This document shows, piece by piece, positions 11,124-20,774 of a DNA stretch of 64,000 nt. The position numbers and the translations under genes were made by a program. The notes beneath the pieces are model-generated. The model worked only from the letters and a program-made list of their open reading frames with translations, was not told the DNA's origin and ran no database searches. Source of the DNA: Bacilli bacterium (lineage in GTDB: Bacteria > Bacillota_I > Bacilli_A > RFN20 > CAG-826); assembly GCA_017959905.1 (NCBI GenBank), contig JAGCZS010000005.1:88737-152736 (forward strand), in the 5' to 3' direction. The stretch's first letter is position 1. The number at the start of each line of letters is the position of its first letter.

Positions 11124-12401
11124 ATGTTTGGTATTGTTAAAAAAATTGTTGATAACCCTGTTTTTTTTGTAGAATCTCTAAAAAAAAGAGGATTTGTCTT
11201 TGATCCGGACGAAATCATATCTTTATATAATGAGCGAAAAAAACTTTTATTTTTAATAGAAAATAGTAACGCTAAACACAATAAATTATCTTTAATTTTT
11301 GCCGATGCTAATAAAAAAAAAATAACAATAGATAAAAAAGTAATCGAAGAATTAAAATGTCTTAAAAAGGAAAAAAATGATAACGAATTAAGATTAAAAG
11401 AATTAGAACAGAGAATACTTAAAATTGTTTCAGAAATCCCCAATTTGCCAGATGAAGATTTAAAAATCGGCGGCAAAGAAAATAACGAAGTTATACATGT
11501 TTATAATAAGCCGAAAAATAAGAAAAATTTTAAATTAAAAGACCATGTAGAATTGGCCCAAAATTTATGTTTAATTGATTATAATAGGGCTGCTAAAATA
11601 TCCGGAAGAAATACATGGATTTATATAAATGAGGGCGCTGAATTAGAATGGGCTTTAATAAATTTTTTTATTCACGAACATTTAAAAAATGGATATAGTT
11701 TTTCGTTGTTGCCGCACATTGTGCATCGGCAAGCATCCTTTGGAGCAGGGCATTTCCCAAAATTTAAAAACGATATTTTTAAAATAGAAAAAGAAGACAA
11801 ATATTTAATATCAACAGCTGAAACAGTTTTAGTTAATTTGCACAGTAATGAAATTTTAAAGCAAGAAGATTTAAATAAGAAATATTTTGCTTTTACGCCG
11901 TGTTATCGAAAAGAAGTTGGTAGTTATAGAACAGAAGAGCGCGGTATGATAAGAGGGTTTCAATTTAACAAGGTAGAAATGGTTCAATTTTCGACCGAAT
12001 CAGAATCTGATAAATCTTTTAATGACATGCTAAACATAGTTATTGATCTAGTTAAAAAATTAGGTTTGCATTTTAGAGTTACAAAATTAGCAGCAGGCGA
12101 TTGCTCTTTTTCTATGGCAAGAACATACGATGTTGAAGTTTTTTTGCCGAGTATAGGTATTTATAAAGAAGTTAGTAGCATTTCTAACGCTCGCGATTAT
12201 CAGTCAAGAAGAAATAATACTAAATATAGAGATAAAGATGGTAAATTACATTTTTGTCATATTTTAAACGCTTCTGGTTTAGCTACATCGCGTATTTTTC
12301 CTGCTATTTTAGAACAATTTCAGCGAAAAGACGGTAGTGTTGTAATTCCGAAAGTATTAAGGCCGTATATGAGAAATAAAAAAGTTATTTTAAAAAAATG
12401 A
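11124..12401 (+). CDS. serS: Seryl-tRNA synthetase
   Basis: 425 aa. N-terminal coiled-coil and class II core (FTPCYRKEVGSYRTEERGMIRGFQFNKVEMVQF). It ends in an ATGA overlap with the next gene. Confidence 0.9.
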   Translation: MFGIVKKIVDNPVFFVESLKKRGFVFDPDEIISLYNERKKLLFLIENSNAKHNKLSLIFADANKKKITIDKKVIEELKCLKKEKNDNELRLKELEQRILKIVSEIPNLPDEDLKIGGKENNEVIHVYNKPKNKKNFKLKDHVELAQNLCLIDYNRAAKISGRNTWIYINEGAELEWALINFFIHEHLKNGYSFSLLPHIVHRQASFGAGHFPKFKNDIFKIEKEDKYLISTAETVLVNLHSNEILKQEDLNKKYFAFTPCYRKEVGSYRTEERGMIRGFQFNKVEMVQFSTESESDKSFNDMLNIVIDLVKKLGLHFRVTKLAAGDCSFSMARTYDVEVFLPSIGIYKEVSSISNARDYQSRRNNTKYRDKDGKLHFCHILNASGLATSRIFPAILEQFQRKDGSVVIPKVLRPYMRNKKVILKK

Positions 12402-12847
12402 AATTTAATAAGAGTAATATTTGTTTTTTTAAAGTAGCTTTAAACGAAGCAAAAAAAGCTTTTAAAAATAATGAAGTTCCGGTTGGCGCTGTAATTGTAA
12501 AAAATAATAAGATTATTGCAAAAGCTTATAATCAAAGAGAAAAACAAAAAAGTGTCGTAGCACACGCGGAAATATTAGCGATAAAAAAAGCTAGTAAAAA
12601 AAATAATAATTGGCGATTAAATGATTGTGATATTTATACAACGTTAGAACCATGTGAAATGTGCTTGTCAGCCATTAAACAATCCAGAATTAAAAACATT
12701 TTCTACATTTTACAATCTCAGCAATTTAATTACGAAAAAAGCAAAAAACATTTAAACATTTTTAAAATAGAAAATGCTTTTTTGGAAGATTCTATTAAGG
12801 ATTTAGTAAAAAATTTTTTTATAGAAAGACGTAAAATTAATTTATAA
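12398..12847 (+). CDS. tadA: tRNA-specific adenosine deaminase (CDA-fold zinc deaminase)
   Basis: 149 aa with HAEILAI and PCEMC zinc-binding motifs. Confidence 0.8.
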   Translation: MKFNKSNICFFKVALNEAKKAFKNNEVPVGAVIVKNNKIIAKAYNQREKQKSVVAHAEILAIKKASKKNNNWRLNDCDIYTTLEPCEMCLSAIKQSRIKNIFYILQSQQFNYEKSKKHLNIFKIENAFLEDSIKDLVKNFFIERRKINL

Positions 12848-12854
12848 TTGTTTT

Positions 12855-15296
12855 ATGGCACAAAATAAATCGGCACTTATTGAAAAAAAAATCGAAACAG
12901 CCGAAAAATATTCAACAGACATTGAAAATGGTTTAACAAGCCAACAAGTTTTATCGCGAAGGCATCAAAAACTTACTAATTACAATAAAAAAGAAAAACA
13001 AAGTTATTTAAAAACAGTTATAAAAAATGTTTTTACTGTATTAAATTTTATTTTACTTTCTTGCGGATTAATAATTCTTTATTTAGGGCTATATAAAAGA
13101 TTATTTTTTTTAATGGCAATAACATTAAACACGATAATTAATTTATTTCGTGATTTAAAATTGCAAAAAATTTTAAATGCGTTGTCATTAACTAGGCAAA
13201 ACAATATAGCTAATGTGATTCGCGACGGCAAAATACAAAGTATCTTTTTTAAAGATATTGTGTTAAGCGATATAGTAGTTCTTTATGCCGACAAAGTTGT
13301 TCCTAGCGATTCAAAAATTGTTGACGGAAGCGTTTATGTAGATGAGTCTTTTTTAACAGGTGAAAAAAGATATGTGTTAAAACAAAAAGGTAATTTTTTA
13401 TTTAGCGAATCAATTGTCATCAGCGGTCGTTGTAAAGCAGAAGTTATTAAAGTAGGATTAGCGAATTATATTTATAAATTGCAGCAAGAAATTTCGTTTT
13501 TCAGCAGGCCAAAAAACAATATATTTAGCACAATAGCAAAATACATCAAAATAACATCATTTATTATATTTTTTATTGTTTTTGTCGAAGTTTTAATAAT
13601 GTTATTAAAACACATCGTTTGCGTTAATATTTTAGATGCAATAATCTCATCGTTATTATCAATGGTTTCTACGGGAGTTTTTTTATTATTTTCAGTAACT
13701 TTGATTTTATGGTCTATTAAATTAATAAAGAATAATATTTTATCCAATGAAACATTTGCTATAGAAAATCTTGTTTCGTCAAATGTATTTTGTTTAGATA
13801 AAACAGGGACAATTACTAATAATGACATGGATTTTCAAGAAGTGGTTCCTATAACTACTTTTGATAGGGATTTTTTAGAAGATATTTTAGGATGTTTTGC
13901 AAATCTGAACAATGAAAAAGCCAACTTAACAATAGAAGCATTAAGAAAAAAAATAAATAAAAAAAATGATTTATTAGCGAAAGAGTATATTAATTTTGAT
14001 AGTAAATTAAAATACAGCGCCATTTTAGTCAATGATTATGTTTATGTTTTGGGCGCTGTGGATTTTGTTCATACTGTCAATAATGACGAAATAAAAGAAA
14101 AAGTTTCTTTTTATGAAAATGAAGGTTTTCGAACATTGACACTATCTTATAGCAAGAAAGTTAGTAACGAAAAGGTTTTGCCTAACGATTTAGAAACAAT
14201 AGGTATTGTGTTATTTGCTGAAACAGTTAATGACAATATTGAAACCACAATGCATTTTTTGTTGAAGAATAATATAAATATTAATATTATTTCTGGCGAT
14301 AGTGAAATATATTTAAACAGAATTTTGCAAAAAATAGGTTTTGACCGCAAAATAGCTATATTATCCAAAGCCAGCAAAAATGACATTAACTCTTTTATTG
14401 AACAGGATTATAATGTCTTTGCTAGAGCTGTTCCGGAACAGAAAAAAATAATCGTAGAAACTTTAAAGAAACGTAATAACATAGTTACCATGATTGGAGA
14501 CGGCGTAAATGATTTAATGGCTTTAAAAATAGCCGATTGTTCTATTTCGATGCCTAACGGGCATGATGTTGTTAAAAAAATTTCTAATTTTGTTTTATTA
14601 GATTCGGATTTTAAAAATATTATTTTTTTAATAAATGAAAGCAAAAGAGTAATGAAAAATATACAATCTATGTATTCTGTCTTTTTTGTAAAAATTTTTA
14701 CTATGATTTTTTTGTCGTTTATTTATATTTTTTTGTCTTTACGATATAATTTATTTTTCCCATTTCGAACTAATCATTTATTACCTTGGGAAATGTTGTC
14801 TTCTGGACTTGGTCCTATTTTAATTTCTTTCGATCAGATTCTTTCTCATGAGCAAATTGAAATAAAAAGTTTTATCATTAATATTTTTAAAAAATGTATT
14901 CCGGCAGTATTTTTACAAATAGCTATTTATTTGAGCTGTTTTTATACATATTTCTTTTTTCCTAATTTTTTATCTTATACCGGACATATTTGTTTATCTG
15001 TTATATTAATGTCTTTTAATAGTTTTTTTATTTTATGTTTTTTATGTTGTCAGCCATTAAGTAAATATCGTTGTATGATAATGGCAACAGTTTTCAGTGG
15101 CATGATTTTGATGTTTGGAGTTGATATTTATATTTTTATAAAAAACGGTTTTAGTAATTTGTTAGATATATGTTATAGCGAATTAAATATATTTTCTTCA
15201 ATATTTTTGCTTATGATTTCTACATTGTTATTTTGTATATATATGTTTTTAACAAAACGTTTTTCCAACTTTTCTAATCATAATCACAAGAAATAA
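12855..15296 (+). CDS. Cation-transporting P-type ATPase
   Basis: 813 aa with the phosphorylation motif CLDKTGTITNN, the hinge motif GDGVNDLMALKIADCSISM, and multiple TM helices at both ends. Confidence 0.85.
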   Translation: MAQNKSALIEKKIETAEKYSTDIENGLTSQQVLSRRHQKLTNYNKKEKQSYLKTVIKNVFTVLNFILLSCGLIILYLGLYKRLFFLMAITLNTIINLFRDLKLQKILNALSLTRQNNIANVIRDGKIQSIFFKDIVLSDIVVLYADKVVPSDSKIVDGSVYVDESFLTGEKRYVLKQKGNFLFSESIVISGRCKAEVIKVGLANYIYKLQQEISFFSRPKNNIFSTIAKYIKITSFIIFFIVFVEVLIMLLKHIVCVNILDAIISSLLSMVSTGVFLLFSVTLILWSIKLIKNNILSNETFAIENLVSSNVFCLDKTGTITNNDMDFQEVVPITTFDRDFLEDILGCFANLNNEKANLTIEALRKKINKKNDLLAKEYINFDSKLKYSAILVNDYVYVLGAVDFVHTVNNDEIKEKVSFYENEGFRTLTLSYSKKVSNEKVLPNDLETIGIVLFAETVNDNIETTMHFLLKNNININIISGDSEIYLNRILQKIGFDRKIAILSKASKNDINSFIEQDYNVFARAVPEQKKIIVETLKKRNNIVTMIGDGVNDLMALKIADCSISMPNGHDVVKKISNFVLLDSDFKNIIFLINESKRVMKNIQSMYSVFFVKIFTMIFLSFIYIFLSLRYNLFFPFRTNHLLPWEMLSSGLGPILISFDQILSHEQIEIKSFIINIFKKCIPAVFLQIAIYLSCFYTYFFFPNFLSYTGHICLSVILMSFNSFFILCFLCCQPLSKYRCMIMATVFSGMILMFGVDIYIFIKNGFSNLLDICYSELNIFSSIFLLMISTLLFCIYMFLTKRFSNFSNHNHKK

Positions 15297-16599
15297 AACA
15301 TTTTTTTTTTAACAAAAGACAAGGTGAAAATTTTTTGTGGTAATATTCAATGTTCCTGCTAATTTCATCAGCATGTTCAAATATTTTGTACAAATTATAA
15401 GTTATTGTCATCATATCAATAAATTTTTCAATTTTGCCGTTTTTAATTTCAAAACCTTCAGCTTTTAATGAAAAATCACCATTTTCAACATTAATGCCAA
15501 CATGTAACCCATCCAGTTCTGTAATATAAATGCCGTTTTTGATAGTTTTTATTATGTTATCGATTGTTATTTTTCCTGGTTTTAAATAAACGTTATGCGG
15601 TTTGATGCTCATTTTTGAATTCATTAAATAAGCATGCCCAGTAGGCTGGACCTTAAAAATTTTTGATGTTGTTAAATTATGTAAATAAGTTTTCAGTATT
15701 CCGTTTTTGATTAGAATTTTGTTTTTGGTCGGTACTCCTTGATCATCAAAAGGAACAAAATTCATGTCTTGCTCGAGCGGTTTATCAATAATAGTAATTT
15801 TTTCATTTGCTATTTTTGTTTTTATTTTATTTGTAAACCATGAAGTCTTTTTTATTATTTTTTCAGCATTTAATTGTGATACATAGTAATATGTTATTAA
15901 ATTAACTATTTTCGGTGATAATACAACGTCATATACGCCATTATGGACTGATCCAATATTTAATTTTTTAAGTGCTTTATCACATAATTTTTTAACATAT
16001 TTTTCAATATTAAAACAATTTAAGTCGTTGTCTTCAAAACATTCGTTATTCGTTTTAATAATTTTATCTTTAGAAACAATAATGGAAGTATTTATAGTAA
16101 AAAAATTAGTGTTTTGTTGCAATTCGATTCCGGCGGTATTTTTATAAATATTTTTTTGACTTGTTTCGTGATAGGATATTTCTATTCTTTTTATTTTGTC
16201 GCTAACTTTTTTAATTTGTTCATTAACTTTAAACATTAATTCTTGTTTTTCTTTAATAGTTATTTTTGACAATTGCTTGTTAAAAAAATTAAAATTTTTA
16301 TATTTCGATTTTTTTTTATATATTGATCCGTCTTGCTTATCTATGTATTTTGACGAATTAATGAGCGCGCTTAGAATATTTTTAAAATTTATATTATTCA
16401 ATGTTTTGTCAAAATTTATTATGGAAAATTTTTTATTAATAATCGAACTAATATTGCAATTATTCAATTTATTTACTGAGTAATTGTTGATTTTATCGTC
16501 TAGTATATTAAAATCCAAAGAATCATGTAAAAATTGACGATATTCGATGTCAAAAATACCATTTTTTTTAAATTTTGAAAATATTTTTTTAATATTCAT
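15274..16599 (-). CDS. pmbA: PmbA/TldE metalloprotease-family protein (peptidase U62)
   Basis: 441 aa paired with and overlapping the TldD-like gene. It lacks the HExxxH motif, as expected for the TldE partner. Confidence 0.6.
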   Translation of the reverse strand: MNIKKIFSKFKKNGIFDIEYRQFLHDSLDFNILDDKINNYSVNKLNNCNISSIINKKFSIINFDKTLNNINFKNILSALINSSKYIDKQDGSIYKKKSKYKNFNFFNKQLSKITIKEKQELMFKVNEQIKKVSDKIKRIEISYHETSQKNIYKNTAGIELQQNTNFFTINTSIIVSKDKIIKTNNECFEDNDLNCFNIEKYVKKLCDKALKKLNIGSVHNGVYDVVLSPKIVNLITYYYVSQLNAEKIIKKTSWFTNKIKTKIANEKITIIDKPLEQDMNFVPFDDQGVPTKNKILIKNGILKTYLHNLTTSKIFKVQPTGHAYLMNSKMSIKPHNVYLKPGKITIDNIIKTIKNGIYITELDGLHVGINVENGDFSLKAEGFEIKNGKIEKFIDMMTITYNLYKIFEHADEISRNIEYYHKKFSPCLLLKKKCFISCDYD

Positions 16600-17981
16600 A
16601 TATTTTTGTTTCCGCCTACAAGAATTGACTTTACACGTATTGTAGGCTGACCGACATTAACTGGTATATCGCCGCTACTTGCGCCGCATATTCCAGGTGA
16701 AAAAACTAAATCATTACCAACCATATCAATATTTTTCAAAATTTCTTCGCATTTTCCAATTAGCATAGCCCCCTTAACTTGTTCGCATATTTTGCCGTTT
16801 TTTATCATATATGCAATATCTACGGCGAATTCAAACTCGCCGGTTGTCGTATCGACAGATCCGCCACTTATTTTTTTGGCATATAAACCAAAATTAGTAT
16901 TTTTAATTATTTCTTCAAGAGAACTTTGACCGTTCGCTATAAAAGTGTTAGACATTCTACTGGTTGGCTCAAATTTATAATTTTGTCTTCTACATGCTCC
17001 ATTACCAAATTGTCCCATTTTTCTTCCATTAAAATTGTCAATTAAATAATTTTTTAAAATGCCATTTTCAATAAGACATATTTTTTGTGTTTCGTTACCC
17101 TCATCGTCTATATTGTTACTTCCCCAGGCATTTTTAATTGTTCCATCATCGTAAGCGGTTATAAGTGATGACGATATTTTAGTGTTTAGTCTATTCGAAA
17201 AAACAGATAAATTATATGCAACCGAACTAGCTTCTAACGCATGTCCGCACGCTTCATGAAAAAGTGTCCCGCCGTTTCCATTCCCGATGATTACAGTCAT
17301 TTTTTTGGATGGACATCGTTTAGCGTTTAATAATCCAATAAGATCGCTAATCATTTCCGATATTTTGTTATCGAAGTCGATTTTTTTTAAATCGCTCATG
17401 CTGTTTAAATAAAAAAAATCATAAATATTTTCTTGTTTGTTGCTTTTAATTGCTTTTATATTAATACTTATTCCGATTCTTTCTCTTTTGTCGTAAGCAT
17501 GTAAACCAGCACTATTAAAAATTTCAAAATCTTTTTTGCTTGAAAAAATATTACAAATGACTCTATTAATTAATTTAGATTTATTTTTGATTTTTTTACA
17601 AAGATTTTTTAAAAAAAAAATTTTTTCTTCTATAGGCGTATTAAAATATGATTTTTTTATCTCAAAAATATTTTTTACTTTTTTATCAATAAAATCATTG
17701 CATTTAGTATTTTGAGTTCCTTGAAAATTATTAGATAACTGTTCTGCTAAAATATCTAAATTTTTTTTATTAAAATTATTTGTGCAGCCATAAACACTTA
17801 TATTTTTTTTGAAAATACGTATACCAATACCAGATGAATAATGATTATTAATTTTTTCTATTATTTCGTTATCGCATAAAATAGAGTTGTAAATAACATT
17901 TTCTATGTAAATTTCACTAAAATCAGCGCCAGTTTTTAAACATTTTTGCAATACATGCTTTGCCGTTTTTTTGTTAAACAT
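16596..17981 (-). CDS. tldD: TldD metalloprotease (peptidase U62)
   Basis: 461 aa with the catalytic motif LFHEACGHALEAS and glycine-rich C-terminal beta motifs (GGSVDTTTGEFEF). Confidence 0.7.
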   Translation of the reverse strand: MFNKKTAKHVLQKCLKTGADFSEIYIENVIYNSILCDNEIIEKINNHYSSGIGIRIFKKNISVYGCTNNFNKKNLDILAEQLSNNFQGTQNTKCNDFIDKKVKNIFEIKKSYFNTPIEEKIFFLKNLCKKIKNKSKLINRVICNIFSSKKDFEIFNSAGLHAYDKRERIGISINIKAIKSNKQENIYDFFYLNSMSDLKKIDFDNKISEMISDLIGLLNAKRCPSKKMTVIIGNGNGGTLFHEACGHALEASSVAYNLSVFSNRLNTKISSSLITAYDDGTIKNAWGSNNIDDEGNETQKICLIENGILKNYLIDNFNGRKMGQFGNGACRRQNYKFEPTSRMSNTFIANGQSSLEEIIKNTNFGLYAKKISGGSVDTTTGEFEFAVDIAYMIKNGKICEQVKGAMLIGKCEEILKNIDMVGNDLVFSPGICGASSGDIPVNVGQPTIRVKSILVGGNKNI

Positions 17982-18004
17982 TTTTTATTGCAGTATTGTC
18001 CGGA

Positions 18005-19201
18005 TTATGTTGAGGCAAAATTGTCAAAATAACCTTTAATTAAAACAATTGGTGTTCCTTTGTCACCTGAACCGCTGGTTAAATCGCATAAAGATCCAAG
18101 TAAATCAGTTAGTCTTCTAGGAGTTGTTCCTTGCGAAATCATATTATCTTTTTGAATTTTATTTTTATTTTTAATTGTTTCAAACACAGCTTTGTTTAAA
18201 TCATCACCATATAAATCTTTAAAATTATTGTCAGCTAAATATTTTAATTTTAATTCATTTGGCGTTCCGTTTAATCCACTTGTATAAAAAGGGGATACAA
18301 CAGGATCGGCTAGTTCCCAAATTTTTCCTTGTGGGTCTTTAAAAGCACCATCACCATATATCATTACTTCAACATGTTTGCCAGTTATTTGAAGGAGTTT
18401 TTGCTGTATATTATTTACTAACTCATCACTATTTCTTGGAAATAATTTTATTGTTGTTTCAGAAGCTTTGTTGCTGCCTAATAAACCATATTTTTTGTTA
18501 AAACCGCTGTTATTTACAGAGGCATTTAATATTTCATCTAACCCAAACACGATAGCATCTGGTTGATTTTGTTTTAGTATTTTTTTTGTTCTTTGTCTGC
18601 TGTGAATGTCACATGTTAAAATGTTATGTGTAAAAGACAATATTTTTGTTGGATTATTAGAAAAGATTATTTCAACATTACAGTTTTCATCTTCAATAAT
18701 TTTTTTGTAAAATTCTATGTAATCAATATTTGTAAATTCATGTTTTTTGTAACCAAATAGCCTTCTATATTGTTCTAACGTTAATTCGCTGGAAGGATCT
18801 ATATTTTTGCCGTCTAAATCATCGTATGTCAATAACGAATTACCAACTTCATCGCTTGGATAAGATAACATTAAAATTATTTTTCTGCACGCTTTGGCAA
18901 TCCCCTTCAATATAATAGAAAACCTATTTCTCGAATAAATTGGAAAAATAACAGCAATTTCGTCGCTATTTTTAAATTTTGTTCTTATATCAGAGGCTAT
19001 ATCGTCTATTGTGGCATAGTTTCCCTGCGCGCGAGCAACTACTGACTCTGTAATTGCCACAATATCATTGTTTTTCAAAGAAATATTATCTTCTTTTTCT
19101 ATTTTCAAGATACTATCGATAACTATTTTTTCTATATCATCGCCCTTTTTTATGATTGGACATTTCACGCCGATGCTCATTGTTCCTATATTTTTGCTCA
19201 T
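18005..19201 (-). CDS. CofE-like protein (F420-0:gamma-glutamyl ligase-like domain, COG1478-like); function unknown
   Basis: The N-terminal region (KKGDDIEKIVIDSI...NDIVAITESVVARAQGNYATIDDI) resembles the CofE/FbiB ligase fold. The start is assigned to the ATG at 19201, preceded by the RBS AAGGGAGAAAAT. The track start at 19225 is an ATG that lies inside that RBS. Confidence 0.4.
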   Translation of the reverse strand: MSKNIGTMSIGVKCPIIKKGDDIEKIVIDSILKIEKEDNISLKNNDIVAITESVVARAQGNYATIDDIASDIRTKFKNSDEIAVIFPIYSRNRFSIILKGIAKACRKIILMLSYPSDEVGNSLLTYDDLDGKNIDPSSELTLEQYRRLFGYKKHEFTNIDYIEFYKKIIEDENCNVEIIFSNNPTKILSFTHNILTCDIHSRQRTKKILKQNQPDAIVFGLDEILNASVNNSGFNKKYGLLGSNKASETTIKLFPRNSDELVNNIQQKLLQITGKHVEVMIYGDGAFKDPQGKIWELADPVVSPFYTSGLNGTPNELKLKYLADNNFKDLYGDDLNKAVFETIKNKNKIQKDNMISQGTTPRRLTDLLGSLCDLTSGSGDKGTPIVLIKGYFDNFAST

Positions 19202-19421
19202 ATTTTCTCCCTTTGATTGCACCAAGTATAACGGTATAAAACTACTTTATTTTAATATAATTTTTATTTTTTCGTTTAGTTTTTAATTTTGTCTTTTGCT
19301 CATTGTTCCTATATTTTTGCTCATATTTTCTCCCTTTGATTGCACCAAGTATAACGGTATAAAACTACTTTATTTTAATATAATTTTTATTTTTTCGTTT
19401 AGTTTTTAATTTTGTCTTTTT
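19174..19421. repeat. Perfect tandem duplication, 2 x 124 bp, covering the RBS, start codon and first 9 codons of the CofE-like gene plus ~95 bp of its leader
   Basis: The string gctcattgttcctatatttttgctcatattttctccctttgattgcaccaagtataacggtataaaactactttattttaatataatttttattttttcgtttagtttttaattttgtctttt occurs twice back to back. Confidence 0.9.
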
Positions 19422-19698
19422 ATAGTTTTTTATATTGGTGTTAATACAAAAGAAAAGACGAATTTAAAATCAATTTATTAATTTTTAGCGATTATTTTAT
19501 TAATTGTGTTGCCCTATTTGAACGTAATATTTAGCAATTTTGTGTAGTTTAGTGATATGCTTAATAATAAATTGTATATAATTTAATTACATAATTATCT
19601 ATAACGCTTAGTCGCAGCGTTCAGAAAAAATAATGTTTTTACTTATCATTGGATTAATGAATAAAATTTTTGGTTGTGTTTAAATTAAGAGGAAAAAA

Positions 19699-20049
19699 AT
19701 GAGAAAATACGAGGTTATGTATATAGTTTCTGAAAAAGTTGGTAACAACAACGATTTGGCAAAAGCAGTCAATGATAATAATGTTTTTTTAACTAAAAAT
19801 GACGCCAAAATAACAAAGAGTAACATTTCAGAATTAAAGGATTTCGCATATCCAATTAAAAAACAATCCAAAGGTTATTATGTCATTTTGAATTTATCAG
19901 TTAATGATCGAAATCAATTAAATGAATTTGAACAAAAGATAAGATTTGATACTAATGTTTTAAGATATGTAATCGTTAAAGAAAATAGCAAATGGGCTGT
20001 TAATAATAAGAATAAGCAGGAGGATAAACTAGAAAAAGATGATAAATAG
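19699..20049 (+). CDS. rpsF: 30S ribosomal protein S6
   Basis: 116 aa starting MRKYEVMYIV. First gene of the conserved rpsF-ssb-rpsR cluster. Confidence 0.85.
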   Translation: MRKYEVMYIVSEKVGNNNDLAKAVNDNNVFLTKNDAKITKSNISELKDFAYPIKKQSKGYYVILNLSVNDRNQLNEFEQKIRFDTNVLRYVIVKENSKWAVNNKNKQEDKLEKDDK

Positions 20050-20491
20050 AGTCGTTATTGTAGGAAGAATAACTAAAGATCCGGTTTTACGAAAAACGTT
20101 TGACGGAACGCAAGTAACTTCTTTTTATGTCGCTGTTGATAGGCCAAAAGGTCAAGATGGTCAAAAAACAGCTGATTTTATTCCAGTTACTGTTTGGAAT
20201 AATCAAGCAGTTAACATTTGTAAATATATGTCTAAGGGTTCTTTAGTTGGTGTTGACGGAAGACTTAAACAAAATAAATTTACAAAAGAAGATGGTAGTA
20301 TTAGTAATATAATTGAAGTTGTAGCTACTTCGGTTTCGTTTATTGGTTCAAAGAATAGCAAAGAGAACAATATTACTACCGAAAATGTAATCGAAAGCAA
20401 TAAAAATGAAATAAATAGCGCTAAAAATAATGAAAATGGTCAGGATACAAGCGGCGATGATTCTATAGATGTCGATGATTTTCCATTTTAA
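20039..20491 (+). CDS. ssb: Single-stranded DNA-binding protein
   Basis: 150 aa. OB fold (MINRVVIVGRITKDP) and an acidic C-terminal tail ending DDFPF. Confidence 0.9.
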   Translation: MINRVVIVGRITKDPVLRKTFDGTQVTSFYVAVDRPKGQDGQKTADFIPVTVWNNQAVNICKYMSKGSLVGVDGRLKQNKFTKEDGSISNIIEVVATSVSFIGSKNSKENNITTENVIESNKNEINSAKNNENGQDTSGDDSIDVDDFPF

Positions 20492-20503
20492 TTTACGAAA
20501 AAT

Positions 20504-20734
20504 ATGAAAAAAAAAAGAAGAATTTTTAAAAAAAATAAAAAAAAGTGTTTTTTTAGAAAAAACAAAATAAAAGCGGTTGATTATAAAGATATTGATACGC
20601 TCAAATTATTTATTGATAAGAACGGCAAAATTATACACAGTCGTTTTTCTAAAGTTAGCGCTAAATATCAGCGCAGATTATCTAAAGCTATTAAGTTAGC
20701 TCGGCAAATGGCGTTATTGCCATATGGCATTTGA
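20504..20734 (+). CDS. rpsR: 30S ribosomal protein S18
   Basis: 76 aa. Contains DYKDIDTLKLFIDKNGKIIHSRFSKVSAKYQRRLSKAIKLARQMALLPY. Confidence 0.9.
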   Translation: MKKKRRIFKKNKKKCFFRKNKIKAVDYKDIDTLKLFIDKNGKIIHSRFSKVSAKYQRRLSKAIKLARQMALLPYGI

Positions 20735-20774
20735 TTTACTTATTTAACAAACTAAAAAACAATTATAAAAAAAT

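Noticed and set aside
19202-19225. The 5' extension MVQSKGEN of the CofE-like ORF.
   Set aside because: The upstream ATG lies inside the Shine-Dalgarno sequence (AAGGGAGAAAAT) of the downstream ATG at 19201. The shorter start is far more plausible.
20504-20734. The long poly-K N-terminus of S18 (MKKKRRIFKKNKKKCFFRKNKIK) as a possible fused extra peptide.
   Set aside because: Basic N-terminal extensions on ribosomal proteins are typical of AT-rich reduced genomes. The conserved S18 core follows directly.
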